NCBI RefSeq assembly: GCF_963676685.1 | Contig: NC_092357.1 | Coordinates: 55,924,001-55,988,000, forward strand | Length of the DNA stretch: 64,000 bases | Direction: 5' to 3' | Source: Mytilus edulis | Lineage: Eukaryota | Notes under the pieces: model-generated | Told to the model about the DNA's origin: nothing | Seen by the model: the letters and a program-made list of their open reading frames with translations, nothing else | Database searches by the model: none | Shown here: piece after piece, positions 13,384 through 24,655 of the stretch | Position numbering within the stretch: the first letter of the stretch is position 1 | How the letters are laid out: each line of letters begins with the position of its first letter | Made by a program: the position numbers and the translations under genes

Positions 13384-16300
13384 AAATCAAAATTTAACCT
13401 GGTATATATAATGAGATTTTTTGGTACTTCACTGACTTATATCCTTGCTTTCTCTTTACTAATACAAAGTTAAAGGTAAATCAAAATTTAACCTGGTATA
13501 TATAATGTGATATTTTGGTACTTCACTGACTTATATCCTTGCTTTCTCTTTACTAGTACAAAGTTAAAGGTAAATCAAAATTTAACCTGGTATATATAAT
13601 GAGATTTTTTGGTACTTCACTGACTTATATCCTTGCTTTCTCTTTACTAATACAAAGTTAAAGGTAAATCAAAATTTAACCTGGTATATATAATGAGATT
13701 TTTTGGTACTTCACTGACTTATATCCTTGCTTTCTCTTTACTAATACAAAGTTAAAGGTAAATCAAAATTTAACCTGGTATATATAATGTGATATTTTGG
13801 TACTTCACTGACTTATATCCTTGCTTTCTCTTTACTAATACAAAGTTAAAGGTAAATCAAAATTTAACCTGGTATATATAATGAGATTTTTTGGTACTTC
13901 ACTGACTTATATCCTTGCTTTCTCTTTACTAATACAAAGTTAAAGGTAAATCAAAATTTAACCTGGTATATATAATGTGATATTTTGGTACTTCACTGAC
14001 TTATATCCTTGCTTTCTCTTTACTAGTACAAAGTTAAAGGTAAATCAAAATTTAACCTGGTATATATAATGAGATTTTTTGGTACTTCACTGACTTATAT
14101 CCTTGCTTTCTCTTTATTAATACAAAGTTAAAGGTAAATCAAAATTTAACCTGGTATATATAATGAGATTTTTTGGTACTTCACTGACTTATATCCTTGC
14201 TTTCTCTTTACTAATACAAAGTTAAAGGTAAATCAAAATTTAACCTGGTATATATAATGTGATATTTTGGTACTTCACTGACTTATATCCTTGCTTTCTC
14301 TTTACTAATACAAAGTTAAAGGTAAATCAAAATATAACCTGGTATATATAATGTGATATTTTGGTACTTCACTGACTTATATCCTTGCTTTCTCTTTACT
14401 AATACAAAGTTAAAGGTAAATCAAAATTTAACCTGGTATATATAATGTGATATTTTGGTACTTCACTGACTTATATCCTTGCTTTCTCTTTACTAATACA
14501 AAGTTAAAGGTAAATCAAAATTTAACCTGGTATATATAATGAGATTTTTTGGTACTTCACTGACTTATATCCTTGCTTTCTCTTTACTAATACAAAGTTA
14601 AAGGTAAATCAAAATTTAACCTGGTATATATAATATGATATTTTGGTACTTCACTGACTTATATCCTTGCTTTCTCTTTACTAATACAAAGTTAAAGGTA
14701 AATCAAAATTTAACCTGGTATATATAGTGTGATATTTTGGTACTTCACTGACTTATATCCTTGCTTTCTCTTTACTAATACAAAGTTAAAGATAAATCAA
14801 AATTTAACCTGGTATATATAATGTGATATTTTGGTACTTCACTGACTTATATCCTTGCTTTCTCTTTACTAATACAAAGTTAAAGGTAAATCAAAATTTA
14901 ACCTGGTATATATATTGAGATTTTTTGATACTTCACTGACTTATATCCTTGCTTTCTCTTTTCTAATACAAAGTTAAAGGTAAATCAAAATTTAACCTGG
15001 TATATATAATGAGATTTTTTGGTACTTCACTGACTTATATCCTTGCTTTCTCTTCACTAATACAAAGTTAAAGGTAAATCAAAATATAACCTGGTATATA
15101 TAATGTGATATTTTGGTACTTCACTGACTTATATCCTTGCTTTCTCTTTACTAATACAAAGTTAAAGGTAAATCAAAATTTAACCTGGTATATATAATGT
15201 GATATTTTGGTACTTCACTGACTTATATCCTTGCTTTCTCTTTACTAATACAAAGTTAAAGGTAAATCAAAATTTAACCTGGTATATATAATGTGATATT
15301 TTGGTACTTCACTGACTTATATCCTTGCTTTCTCTTTACTAATACAAAGTTAAAGGTAAATCAAAATTTAACCTGGTATATATAATGAGATTTTTTGGTA
15401 CTTCACTGACTTATATCCTTGCTTTCTCTTTACTAATACAAAGTTAAAGGTAAATCAAAATATAACCTGGTATATATAATGTGATATTTTGGTACTTCAC
15501 TGACTTATATCCTTGCTTTCTCTTTACTAATACAAAGTTAAAGGTAAATCAAAATTTAACCTGGTATATATAATGTGATATTTTGGTACTTCACTGACTT
15601 ATATCCTTGCTTTCTCTTTACTAATACAAAGTTAAAGGTAAATCAAAATTTAACCTGGTATATATAATGTGATATTTTGGTACTTCACTGACTTATATCC
15701 TTGCTTTCTCTTTACTAATACAAAGTTAAAGGTAAATCAAAATATAACCTGGTATATATAATGTGATATTTTGGTACTTCACTGACTTATATCCTTGCTT
15801 TCTCTTTACTAATACAAAGTTAAAGGTAAATCAAAATTTAACCTGGTATATATAATGTGATATTTTGGTACTTCACTGACTTATATCCTTGCTTTTTCTT
15901 TACTAATACAAAGTTAAAGGTAAATCAAAATTTAACCTGGTATATATAATGAGATTTTTTGGTACTTCACTGACTTATATCCTTGCTTTCTCTTTACTAA
16001 TACAAAGTTAAAGGTAAATCAAAATTTAACCTGGTATATATAATATGATATTTTGGTACTTCACTGACTTATATCCTTGCTTTCTCTTTACTAATACAAA
16101 GTTAAAGGTAAATCAAAATTTAACCTGGTATATATAGTGTGATATTTTGGTACTTCACTGACTTATATCCTTGCTTTCTCTTTACTAATACAAAGTTAAA
16201 GGTAAATCAAAATTTAACCTGGTATATATAATGTGATATTTTGGTACTTCACTGACTTATATCCTTGCTTTCTCTTTACTAATACAAAGTTAAAGGTAAA

Positions 16301-17707
16301 TCAAAATTTAACCTGGTATATATAATGAGATTTTTTGATACTTCACTGACTTATATCCTTGCTTTCTCTTTTCTAATACAAAGTTAAAGGTAAATCAAAA
16401 TTTAACCTGGTATATATAATGAGATTTTTTGGTACTTCACTGACTTATATCCTTGCTTTCTCTTCACTAATACAAAGTTAAAGGTAAATCAAAATATAAC
16501 CTGGTATATATAATGTGATATTTTGGTACTTCACTGACTTATATCCTTGCTTTCTCTTTACTAATACAAAGTTAAAGGTAAATCAAAATTTAACCTGGTA
16601 TATATAATGTGATATTTTGGTACTTCACTGACTTATATCCTTGCTTTCTCTTTACTAATACAAAGTTAAAGGTAAATCAAAATTTAACCTGGTATATATA
16701 ATGTGATATTTTGGTACTTCACTGACTTATATCCTTGCTTTCTCTTTACTAATACAAAGTTAAAGGTAAATCAAAATTTAACCTGGTATATATAATGAGA
16801 TTTTTTGGTACTTCACTGACTTATATCCTTGCTTTCTCTTTACTAATACAAAGTTAAAGGTAAATCAAAATATAACCTGGTATTTATAATGTGATATTTT
16901 GGTACTTCACTGACTTATATCCTTGCTTTCTCTTTACTAATACAAAGTTAAAGGTAAATCAAAATTTAACCTGGTATATATAATGTGATATTTTGGTACT
17001 TCACTGACTTATATCCTTGCTTTCTCTTTACTAATACAAAGTTAAAGGTAAATCAAAATTTAACCTGGTATATATAATGTGATATTTTGGTACTTCACTG
17101 ACTTATATCCTTGCTTTCTCTTTACTAATACAAAGTTAAAGGTAAATCAAAATTTAACCTGGTATATATAATGAGATTTTTTGGTACTTCACTGACTTAT
17201 ATCATTGCTTTCTCTTTACTAATACAAAGTTAAAGGTAAATCAAAATTTAACCTGGTATATATAATGAGATTTTTTTGGTACTTCACTGACTTATATCCT
17301 TGCTTTCTCTTTACTAATACAAAGTTAAAGGTAAATCAAAATTTAACCTGGTATATATAATGTGATATTTTGGTACTTCACTGACTTATATCCTTGCTTT
17401 CTCTTTACTAATACAAAGTTAAAGGTAAATCAAAATTTAACCTGGTATATATAATGAGATTTTTTGGTACTTCACTGACTTATATCCTTGCTTTCTCTTT
17501 ACTAATACAAAGTTAAAGGTAAATCAAAATTTAACCTGGTATATATAATGTGATATTTTGGTACTTCACTGACTTATATCCTTGCTTTCTCTTTACTAAT
17601 ACAAAGTTAAAGGTAAATCAAAATTTAACCTGGTATATATAATGTGATATTTTGGTACTTCACTGACTTATATCCTTGCTTTCTCTTTACTAATACAAAG
17701 TCAAAGG
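13382..17707. repeat. Tandem satellite, 46 copies of a 94-bp monomer
   Basis: Monomer GTAAATCAAAATTTAACCTGGTATATATAATG(AGATTTTTT/TGATATTTT)GGTACTTCACTGACTTATATCCTTGCTTTCTCTTTACTAATACAAAGTTAAAG. Period 94, near-identical copies, two main variants. Confidence 0.97.
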
Positions 17708-18086
17708 TAAATAAAGGCAACAATAGTAAACCTATATTCAAAGGTCATAAATAGATTGAGAGAAAACAAATCCGGGTTACAAACAAAATCCGAGGGAGCA
17801 CATCAAATATAAGAGGAAAACAACAAACATCAGGAAAACCCTCTAATATACATGGAAACGAACTATTTGATAACAAGTACCATTTTCGATTATTGTTTCT
17901 GGACATTTATAGAAAAATGCCCAAATGCGATAAATCTAAAAAGTATCGAAGGTGAAATTTAGCAACTGTACAAAAGAATGGCTTATTTAAAGTTGAAATC
18001 AATTTAATTCAATTAAATCTAAAATTAAGAAATAGGAATCCATCATACAAGATTGAAACATCGATAATAAAGTAACAAAACAATTT

Positions 18087-18261
18087 CAGTGTAACCTGCC
18101 TACTCCAACACCTGAGTATTCCAACTTCCTGCTTTAACTGTCACATTACCCTAGTCCCAAAGTATACCTATCGTTCGGAAAAAAGCTGAGTATTCGACAC
18201 ATTGCCTAATCCGTCATTTTTTTTCTGGTGCGCTGTGTGTCGGATTAGCCAGGTTACACTG
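18087..18261. mobile_element. Tc1/mariner-like MITE, copy 1
   Basis: TIRs CAGTGTAACCTG / CAGGTTACACTG. Paralog at 38906-39079. Confidence 0.7.
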
Positions 18262-19964
18262 CAACTAATTTAAAAACTTAAAAATAAACCGGATAAATTA
18301 ACTGTGATTCAAGACAGTAAAAGAGGGGCGAAATATACCAGAAGGACACCCGACCTCAAAAGATCGAAAACAAACTGCCAACGCCACACAAACTCCACTA
18401 TAAACTGGGGGTAATCGCAGGTGCTCCAGAAGGGTGAGCAGATCCTGCTACACATGCGTAAGTTGTTAACATTGTTTTATATTCATATTGATAAAGTGAA
18501 ATTGTTACAATTGTTCCGGCTAATTTAGATTTTTGTATTGCATTTATTGCTTATTTTATCTGGTGTTGAAAATTCGTAATTTTTCTAATAATTCAAAATC
18601 AAATTCTATGATAAAAGATTAATGACAAAATCGAACTTATTGCATACGTTGACATAAAGTGGCTAAAATCCACGTAATTTGATCTTAGTTGAGTAGTTGT
18701 CGTAATTTTAATTACACTCCTTATTTTAATTTTTAACATGCATTATAATAGCATAGACATAACGTACATATTTATAAAAGTTTTAATTATTTAAAATTCT
18801 TTTCTTATTAATAATTGTCGCGAATCAACCTTCGTATTTGTAAACCTTCATGAATCAATGTATAATACTTGACTGTTATCAGTCTCTTGTTTTTGTAATT
18901 TGACGACATGCGATCTATTTGAAAGGTCTTTAAATGCAGATATTTGTACTTTTTAATCCATTAGCCTGTAATTTGGATTTTATTGAACGCTTCATAAAGT
19001 AGTATATTATGTAAATATTCTATAAAACATTAAAATTCAAAAGATAATTGATGAAGGCATACCATTTCTCACGTCAACCCTAAACAAGTGTTGTACTGAT
19101 ACCTATGTAAGCTTACCCAATATGCTACAGTATAGTCTATATATATATTTTAGGTTATGAAGATGTGCACCTTTTTGTTTCATTTTATGTTATATTTGTA
19201 TTTTTGAACAGATTAATATTGAACTTTGATATGTTATTGCATCGATCAACATGACAACATAAAGATATATAGACTTTTAAATCACCTTTCTATTTAGCAA
19301 ATGCTTTAGTTTTGAACAATAGAAACATAGATTAAGTTAGAGTCACAAAGGATAAGCGTTCATTCAAAAATCGCCTATGCATTGTTTTTATAATACATAT
19401 ATCTTGGGCCTTCCGCAGAGAAATGTTATTCACAATGTTAACGTCGCCAGTACTTACATGGATATAAATGTAAATATAGCACAGATGCAATCAGGAGGTT
19501 TGAGTTGTAGTTGTTAGTATTGACATCCTAGAATAGATTTTGTTATTGAAAATTTAAACATTTGTCAAATATGTGAACCGTTTCATGTCTAAAAACAAAA
19601 GTGCCTACACAAGTCCTAAAAACAACTATAATCGTTCCATTTTGTACATATTAAAAAAACCTAAGCTGTATATAGGAGAAGGACGAATAACAGTATAAGC
19701 ATCTAGATAGATGTAACATAAATATAATATACTTATGTCGAAAGTGAAGATTAGACATTTCGAAAGACAGATTTGTCAAACTCAAAAGCTCAAACACATC
19801 AAACGAATGGTTATCATCTGTCCTATTCCTGATTTGTGTCGTATGTCTATAAACGAAAGAAATACCCACTTTATTCTTTAATCTATTGAATGCAATTTAA
19901 GAAAAAAAAAGTTAAAACATCATGAAGAATTGAGTTAACTGAAAGGTTGTTATAAATATTTTTG

Positions 19965-21069
19965 TTAATCCATTGTATAATATTCGGCAACTTCTATTGG
20001 CCAATGTCATATCCGTTGTTTCTGCACATCGAAATTTCTGATGTTGAGTTGAATTTGGTAAACATGATAATTGAATTCTTCATTATAATCATCTTGATGC
20101 ATTTCGCAATACCTTAAAATTGAGAATGGAAATGGGGAATGTGTCAAAGAGACAACAACCCGACCAAATAAAAAACAACACCAACAGGTCTTCAATGTAG
20201 CGAGAAATTCCCGCACCCGGAGGCGTCCTTCAGCTGGCCCCTAAACAATTATATACTTGTCCAGTGATAATGAACGCCATACTAATTTCCAAATTGTACA
20301 CAAGAAACTTAAAATACATTTATACCGTGATTTTGCTCTAATTCAGATATCAGGGATCTCAGAAAGTCTTTAGAATTTTGCTCGCTGATTGCAATTATGC
20401 CAATGCGTGAAATGGTTTCGTTATCTGCAGTAACTAGCCTGACCCTATAGAATATTTTCTTCCTACAACCATTATATTCCCCATTGTCAGTAACTGGCCT
20501 GATCTTATCGGATTTTTTCTTCCTACAACCATGTAATTTCCCGTTAGCATATCGTTCTTGAGGGTTGCAAGTTTCTATAGTAAATTGGTACATTCGTTTG
20601 TAGTCCCAATAATTTAGCCGCAGTTTGGTATTTTGTCCTCTCTCCGGTTGAATTTTTCTTTCCCTGTAAAGGTAATCATCTCTAGTTTTTTAACTGCTGC
20701 CAACTTCCCTTTTTGATTCTACTCCGATTGTGTATCTCCCTGAAACTTTTTCTTTCTCTTCGACAATTTCAACACACAATAGTTCATCTTCAGACTTCAC
20801 TATGACTTGCTCTTTTTCCCGAATAGGAAAGGCATTGCAAATTGTTTGTGTTTTAGTTATCAAGGTTACATGAATTGGTTTTTTGTCAACCGCTGGTCTA
20901 AGCTTTAGTTTTTGGGTAAAGCCATTATCTTTTGCCCATTGCCATTCATTTTCGTTTTCGGTAGGTACACTTCATGTGTGATTCCAATACGTTTACCTAC
21001 GGTCAGCTCCTTATTTCCTAAGACCTTGACATATACAATTTCCTTCAATTCATTGGGAATGAATACCAT
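19965..21069 (-). pseudogene. Paralog B1 of uncharacterised gene family; pseudogene
   Basis: Closely similar to 41934-42869. A 19-nt frameshifting deletion and a 15-nt deletion lie near the 5' end, and a ~200-bp repeat is inserted at 20115-20315. Same terminal WPIEVAEYYTMD* sequence. Confidence 0.85.
20115..20315. mobile_element. ~200-bp interspersed repeat inserted into pseudogene B1
   Basis: Absent at the paralogous site in B2 (CAATACCT|CACATTTATAC, ~42080). Begins TAAAATTGAGAATGGAAATGGGGAATGTGTCAAAGAGACAAC. Confidence 0.8.
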
Positions 21070-21129
21070 AGCTGTATCTGGCGGTTTTACCCACTGAAAT
21101 AATGACTTTGTATAAATGACAAATCACGA

Positions 21130-21370
21130 ACAGTATATCATTTTATAAAATTTACTGTTTGCAAAACTATGTATTATTCTTAATAATAAATATTTGTTTT
21201 CCTAGGCGGATAACCCTGGCCTCACAACTTTTTTGAACTTTTGGTCCTCGGCAATCTTCAACTTTGTAGTTGTTATGGCGTTTTTTTACATCTGAGCATA
21301 GTTTTGTGTGGACGTAGCGCGCGTCTGGCGTATAAAATATTTTTTAACCTGTTACCTTTAGATGGATATT
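21130..21370 (+). mobile_element. Degenerate retrozyme family 1 remnant
   Basis: Body similar to 26640-26860, ending in a decayed hammerhead ...GGACGTAGCGCGCGTCTGGCGTA (21310-21332) that lacks CUGAUGA. Confidence 0.6.
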
Positions 21371-22374
21371 ATTCTTTTGTTTCTCTGTCCTACATTTTAT
21401 CCCATTTATCTGTTTATTTATTGTAACCCTGTCGTGTAATGTTGTCATTTTAATGTTATTATTAACACTGCCATTAAAGCGGGAGGTTTGGCATGCCACA
21501 AAACCAGGTTCAACCCACCATTTTTTTCATAAAATACCCTGTACCAAGTCAGTAAAACGGCCTTTGTTACATTATAGTTCGTTTCTGTGTGTGTTACATT
21601 TCGGTGTTGTGTCTCTTTTGTGTCGTAGTTCTCTTATATTTGATCCGTTTCTCTCAGCTTTAGTTTGTAACCCTGATTTTTTTTTCTCTATCGATTTATG
21701 AATTTTGAACAGCGGTATACTACTGTTGCCTTCATTTAAGGACATTTTTACAAGGTCTTAGATTGTTGTTAACAATTAACGTCGTCTTTTCCTTTAAGTA
21801 CCGAACGTGACCTATTCCCGAATTTGAATGTTTTGTCGAGTGTGATTTCGCATTACTATAAGACGTGTTAGGGTACTTTGCTTTATCAAAATTAATGTAT
21901 TTAGTTATGATGTTGTATTTTTAATTCTGATCGGATATTGTTAAATGTGTTGTTATTTGTAGGTGTGGTTCTTATTTTTTAATATATTATTCGTATGTAA
22001 AAGTAAAGATAATTAATTAGCCAGTTCATTTATAAGATTTTAGTTTGGGGCAACTTAAGCTATACGATTTATTTGCTTTATCGTTTTATTTATAAAATTT
22101 TAATACATACATCGCTAGATAATACGATTAATTATATGGTTGCTAACACAATTCTATATTAATTAAATTGTAATTGTTGTATTAAACATTAAATGCCATA
22201 ATTACAAACCTGATTTTGAACTATATCAAACTTTTCGAAAATTATTGTGACGTCACTTTTACCTGTGACGTGATTTTGTGGCGTAGTGTTATTCTGTAGG
22301 TGACAATGCAAGGTTATTTTGTACTGTTTTATGCGCTTTCGTTTTTTATTTTACGTTTTTTTTTTTATTTGTAG

Positions 22375-22670
22375 TAAGTCACCATTTCGGTGTTGACATA
22401 AACATCAATTATATGGTCATTTTTATGAATTTACTGTTTGCAAAAGTATGAATTATTTTAAATAATAAGGATTTTCTCATCACAGACAAAGATAATCTTA
22501 GCCGTATTTGGCTCCACTTTGTAGAATTTTGGATCACCTATCATCTTCAAGTGTGTAATTGTTTGGCTTTCTTTATTTTTTTGTATCTGAGCGTAACTGG
22601 CGAGCCTTGTGTAGACGAAAGTACGCATGGTGTATTACATTGTGAGCCTGGTACCTTTGATAACTATTAG
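22375..22670 (+). mobile_element. Degenerate retrozyme family 1 remnant
   Basis: Same body sequence, with decayed hammerhead GCGTAACTGGCGAGCCTTGTGTAGACGAAAGTACGCATGGTGT (~22591-22633) followed by CCTGGTACCTTTGATAACTATT. Confidence 0.6.
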
Positions 22671-23199
22671 CATGTCGAAATGTCCTATTGTAATGTGTAT
22701 TTGTGAGTTTCGTTGTCCTGAATGTTCTTGCATTTATTTTTACTTTAGTCTTGTCATGTAATGTTTTCATTGTAATGTTATTTTAAACATTTCCGTAAAA
22801 GCGCGAGGTTTAGCTAGTCGCAAAACCAGGTTCAACCCACGATTTTTGTCTAAAATGTCCATTACCAAGTCAGGAAAATGGCAATTGTTATTGTATAGTT
22901 TGTTTCTGTGTGTGTTGCATTGTTGTTTTGGTTTTCGTTCACTTCAGTGTTTCTGTTGTCGTGATGTACTATAGTACATTGTTTATTTGCGTCTCAATCG
23001 ATTTATGAATTTCGAACAGTGCTATTGAACTATTGATTGTGCTTTTTTCTATGGGACTTTCCGCTTTGAATTTTTCTTGGAGTTCGGTATTTTTGTTATT
23101 TGATTTTTTTTCTCATATATCGTAGTCAACGTTGGATTAAAGTATAACCAGAAAATTAGATGTTGGCTTATATCTTGAATGTTCCTTAATATTGTCAAG

Positions 23200-23560
23200 T
23201 ATGGATATCACCAAACCCAATTAAATGACAAATGAAATTATTTCAACATTCCAGTTGTCAATTTCTCGTTTCCCAGCAGTCACATACCTTTATTTCTTTT
23301 ATCCCAACTAACTTGAAATAAAGTATACAACAGATACAGTAAGTTTGACCTGCTACCTTCTTTGATTTTGAAATTGACACTACGGTTTGACTGGGAACAA
23401 AACGAACGACAAAAGAAATGATTTCAGCTTCTGAATTTTAATTTTCTGCATCTTTTTAGTAATATCAAGGTATTTTAGAGATACTTGTTAGGATAGTCTG
23501 TACTTCCTGTCATGATTTACTTTAAAGAGAATTGCTACCAAATGTTATTACTGACACAAG
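23200..23560 (+). mobile_element. Penelope-like element RT remnant (continues at 24685-24760, after the retrozyme array)
   Basis: Decayed ..FNIPVVNFSFPSSHIP.. and TTDTV..FEIDT..DKRNDFSF resemble the PLE RT motif DKRDDFNFPIVNFPFLSSNIP. Paralogous to 44500-45450. Confidence 0.6.
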
Positions 23561-23561
23561 G

Positions 23562-23602
23562 TCACTGAAGAGACATTATTTGTTGAAATGCGCATCTGGT
23601 GC
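23562..23602 (+). ncRNA. Type I hammerhead ribozyme (5' junction copy; stem I truncated)
   Basis: TCA-CTGAAGA-GACA-TTATT-TGTT-GAAA-TGCGCA-TC-TGGTGC. Confidence 0.75.
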
Positions 23603-23909
23603 AGAAAAATTGGTACCGTTAATGTTATTACTACCACTGGGTCAATGCCTCTGCTGGTGGACTGTTAGTCCCCGAGGGTAACACCAGCCCAGTAGCCAGT
23701 ACTCCGGTACTGGCATGAAAATACGGATTTTTTTGTGTTATTAAATTTGCTGTTACAAAATTTTAAAAACTATTATAAATTAAGAAATGTATCTCCCTCA
23801 TGCAAAGCTCTGATTCCTTTCACGGATTTGGCTATACTTTTTTGGAACTTTTGGATTACAGCTCTACATCTTTTATATAAGCTTTGGATTTTACATATTT
23901 TGGCCACGA

Positions 23910-23953
23910 GCATCACTGAAGAGACATTATTTGTCGAAATGCGCATCTGGTGC
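23910..23953 (+). ncRNA. Type I hammerhead ribozyme, intact
   Basis: GCATCA-CTGAAGA-GACA-TTATT-TGTC-GAAA-TGCGCA-TC^TGGTGC. Stem I GCAUCA/UGGUGC, stem II GACA/UGUC, palindromic stem III AUGCGCAU, AUC cleavage triplet. Confidence 0.93.
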
Positions 23954-24260
23954 AGAAAAATTGGTACCGTTAATGTTATTACTACCACTGGGTCGATGCC
24001 TCTGCTGGTGAACTGTTAGTCCCCGAGGATATCACCAGCCCAGTAGCCAGTACTCTGGTACTGGCATGAAAATACGGATTTTTTTGTGTTATTAAATTTG
24101 CTGTTACAAAATGTTAAAAAATATTATAAATTAAGGAATGTATCTCCCTTATGCAAATCTCTGATTCCTTTCACGGATTTGGCTATACTTTTTTGGAACT
24201 TTTGGATTATAGCTCTACATCTTTTATATAAGCTTTGGATTTTACATATTTTGGCCACGA

Positions 24261-24304
24261 GCATCACTGAAGAGACATTATTTGTCGAAATGCGCATCTG
24301 GTGC
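24261..24304 (+). ncRNA. Type I hammerhead ribozyme, intact
   Basis: Identical to 23910-23953. Confidence 0.93.
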
Positions 24305-24611
24305 AGAAAAATTGGTACCGTTAATGTTACTACTACCACTGGGTCGATGCCTCTGCTGGTGGACTGTTAGTCCCCGAGGGTATCACCAGCCCAGTAGCCA
24401 GTACTCCGGTACTGGCATGAAAATACGGATTTTTTTGTGTTATTAAATTTGCTGTTACAAAATGTTAAAAAATATTATAAATTAAGGAATGTATCTCCCT
24501 CATGCAAAGCGTTGATTCCTTTCACGGATTTGGCTATACTTTTTTAGAGCTTTTGGATTATAGCTCTACATCTTTTATATAAGCTTTGGATTTTACATAT
24601 TTTGGCCACGA

Positions 24612-24655
24612 GCATCACTGAAGAGACATTATTTGTCGAAATACGCATCTGGTGC
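24612..24655 (+). ncRNA. Type I hammerhead ribozyme, one stem III substitution
   Basis: GCATCA-CTGAAGA-GACA-TTATT-TGTC-GAAA-TACGCA-TC-TGGTGC. Confidence 0.88.

Noticed and set aside
13382-17707. CRISPR-like array
   Set aside because: Units are entirely repeated with no unique spacers, there are no cas genes, and the context is eukaryotic. It is a satellite.
20115-20315. Insertion in B1 acting as a new GT-AG intron that rescues the gene
   Set aside because: The minus strand does offer GT...TTTTAAG, but splicing would remove 5 nt of original coding sequence (frameshift), and B1 already has an upstream frameshift.
24338-24394. HDV-like or twister ribozyme in the retrozyme pseudoknot
   Set aside because: It lacks the GG/P1.1, P4 and catalytic C junction of HDV-like ribozymes and the twister consensus. 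Kept only as a structural element.
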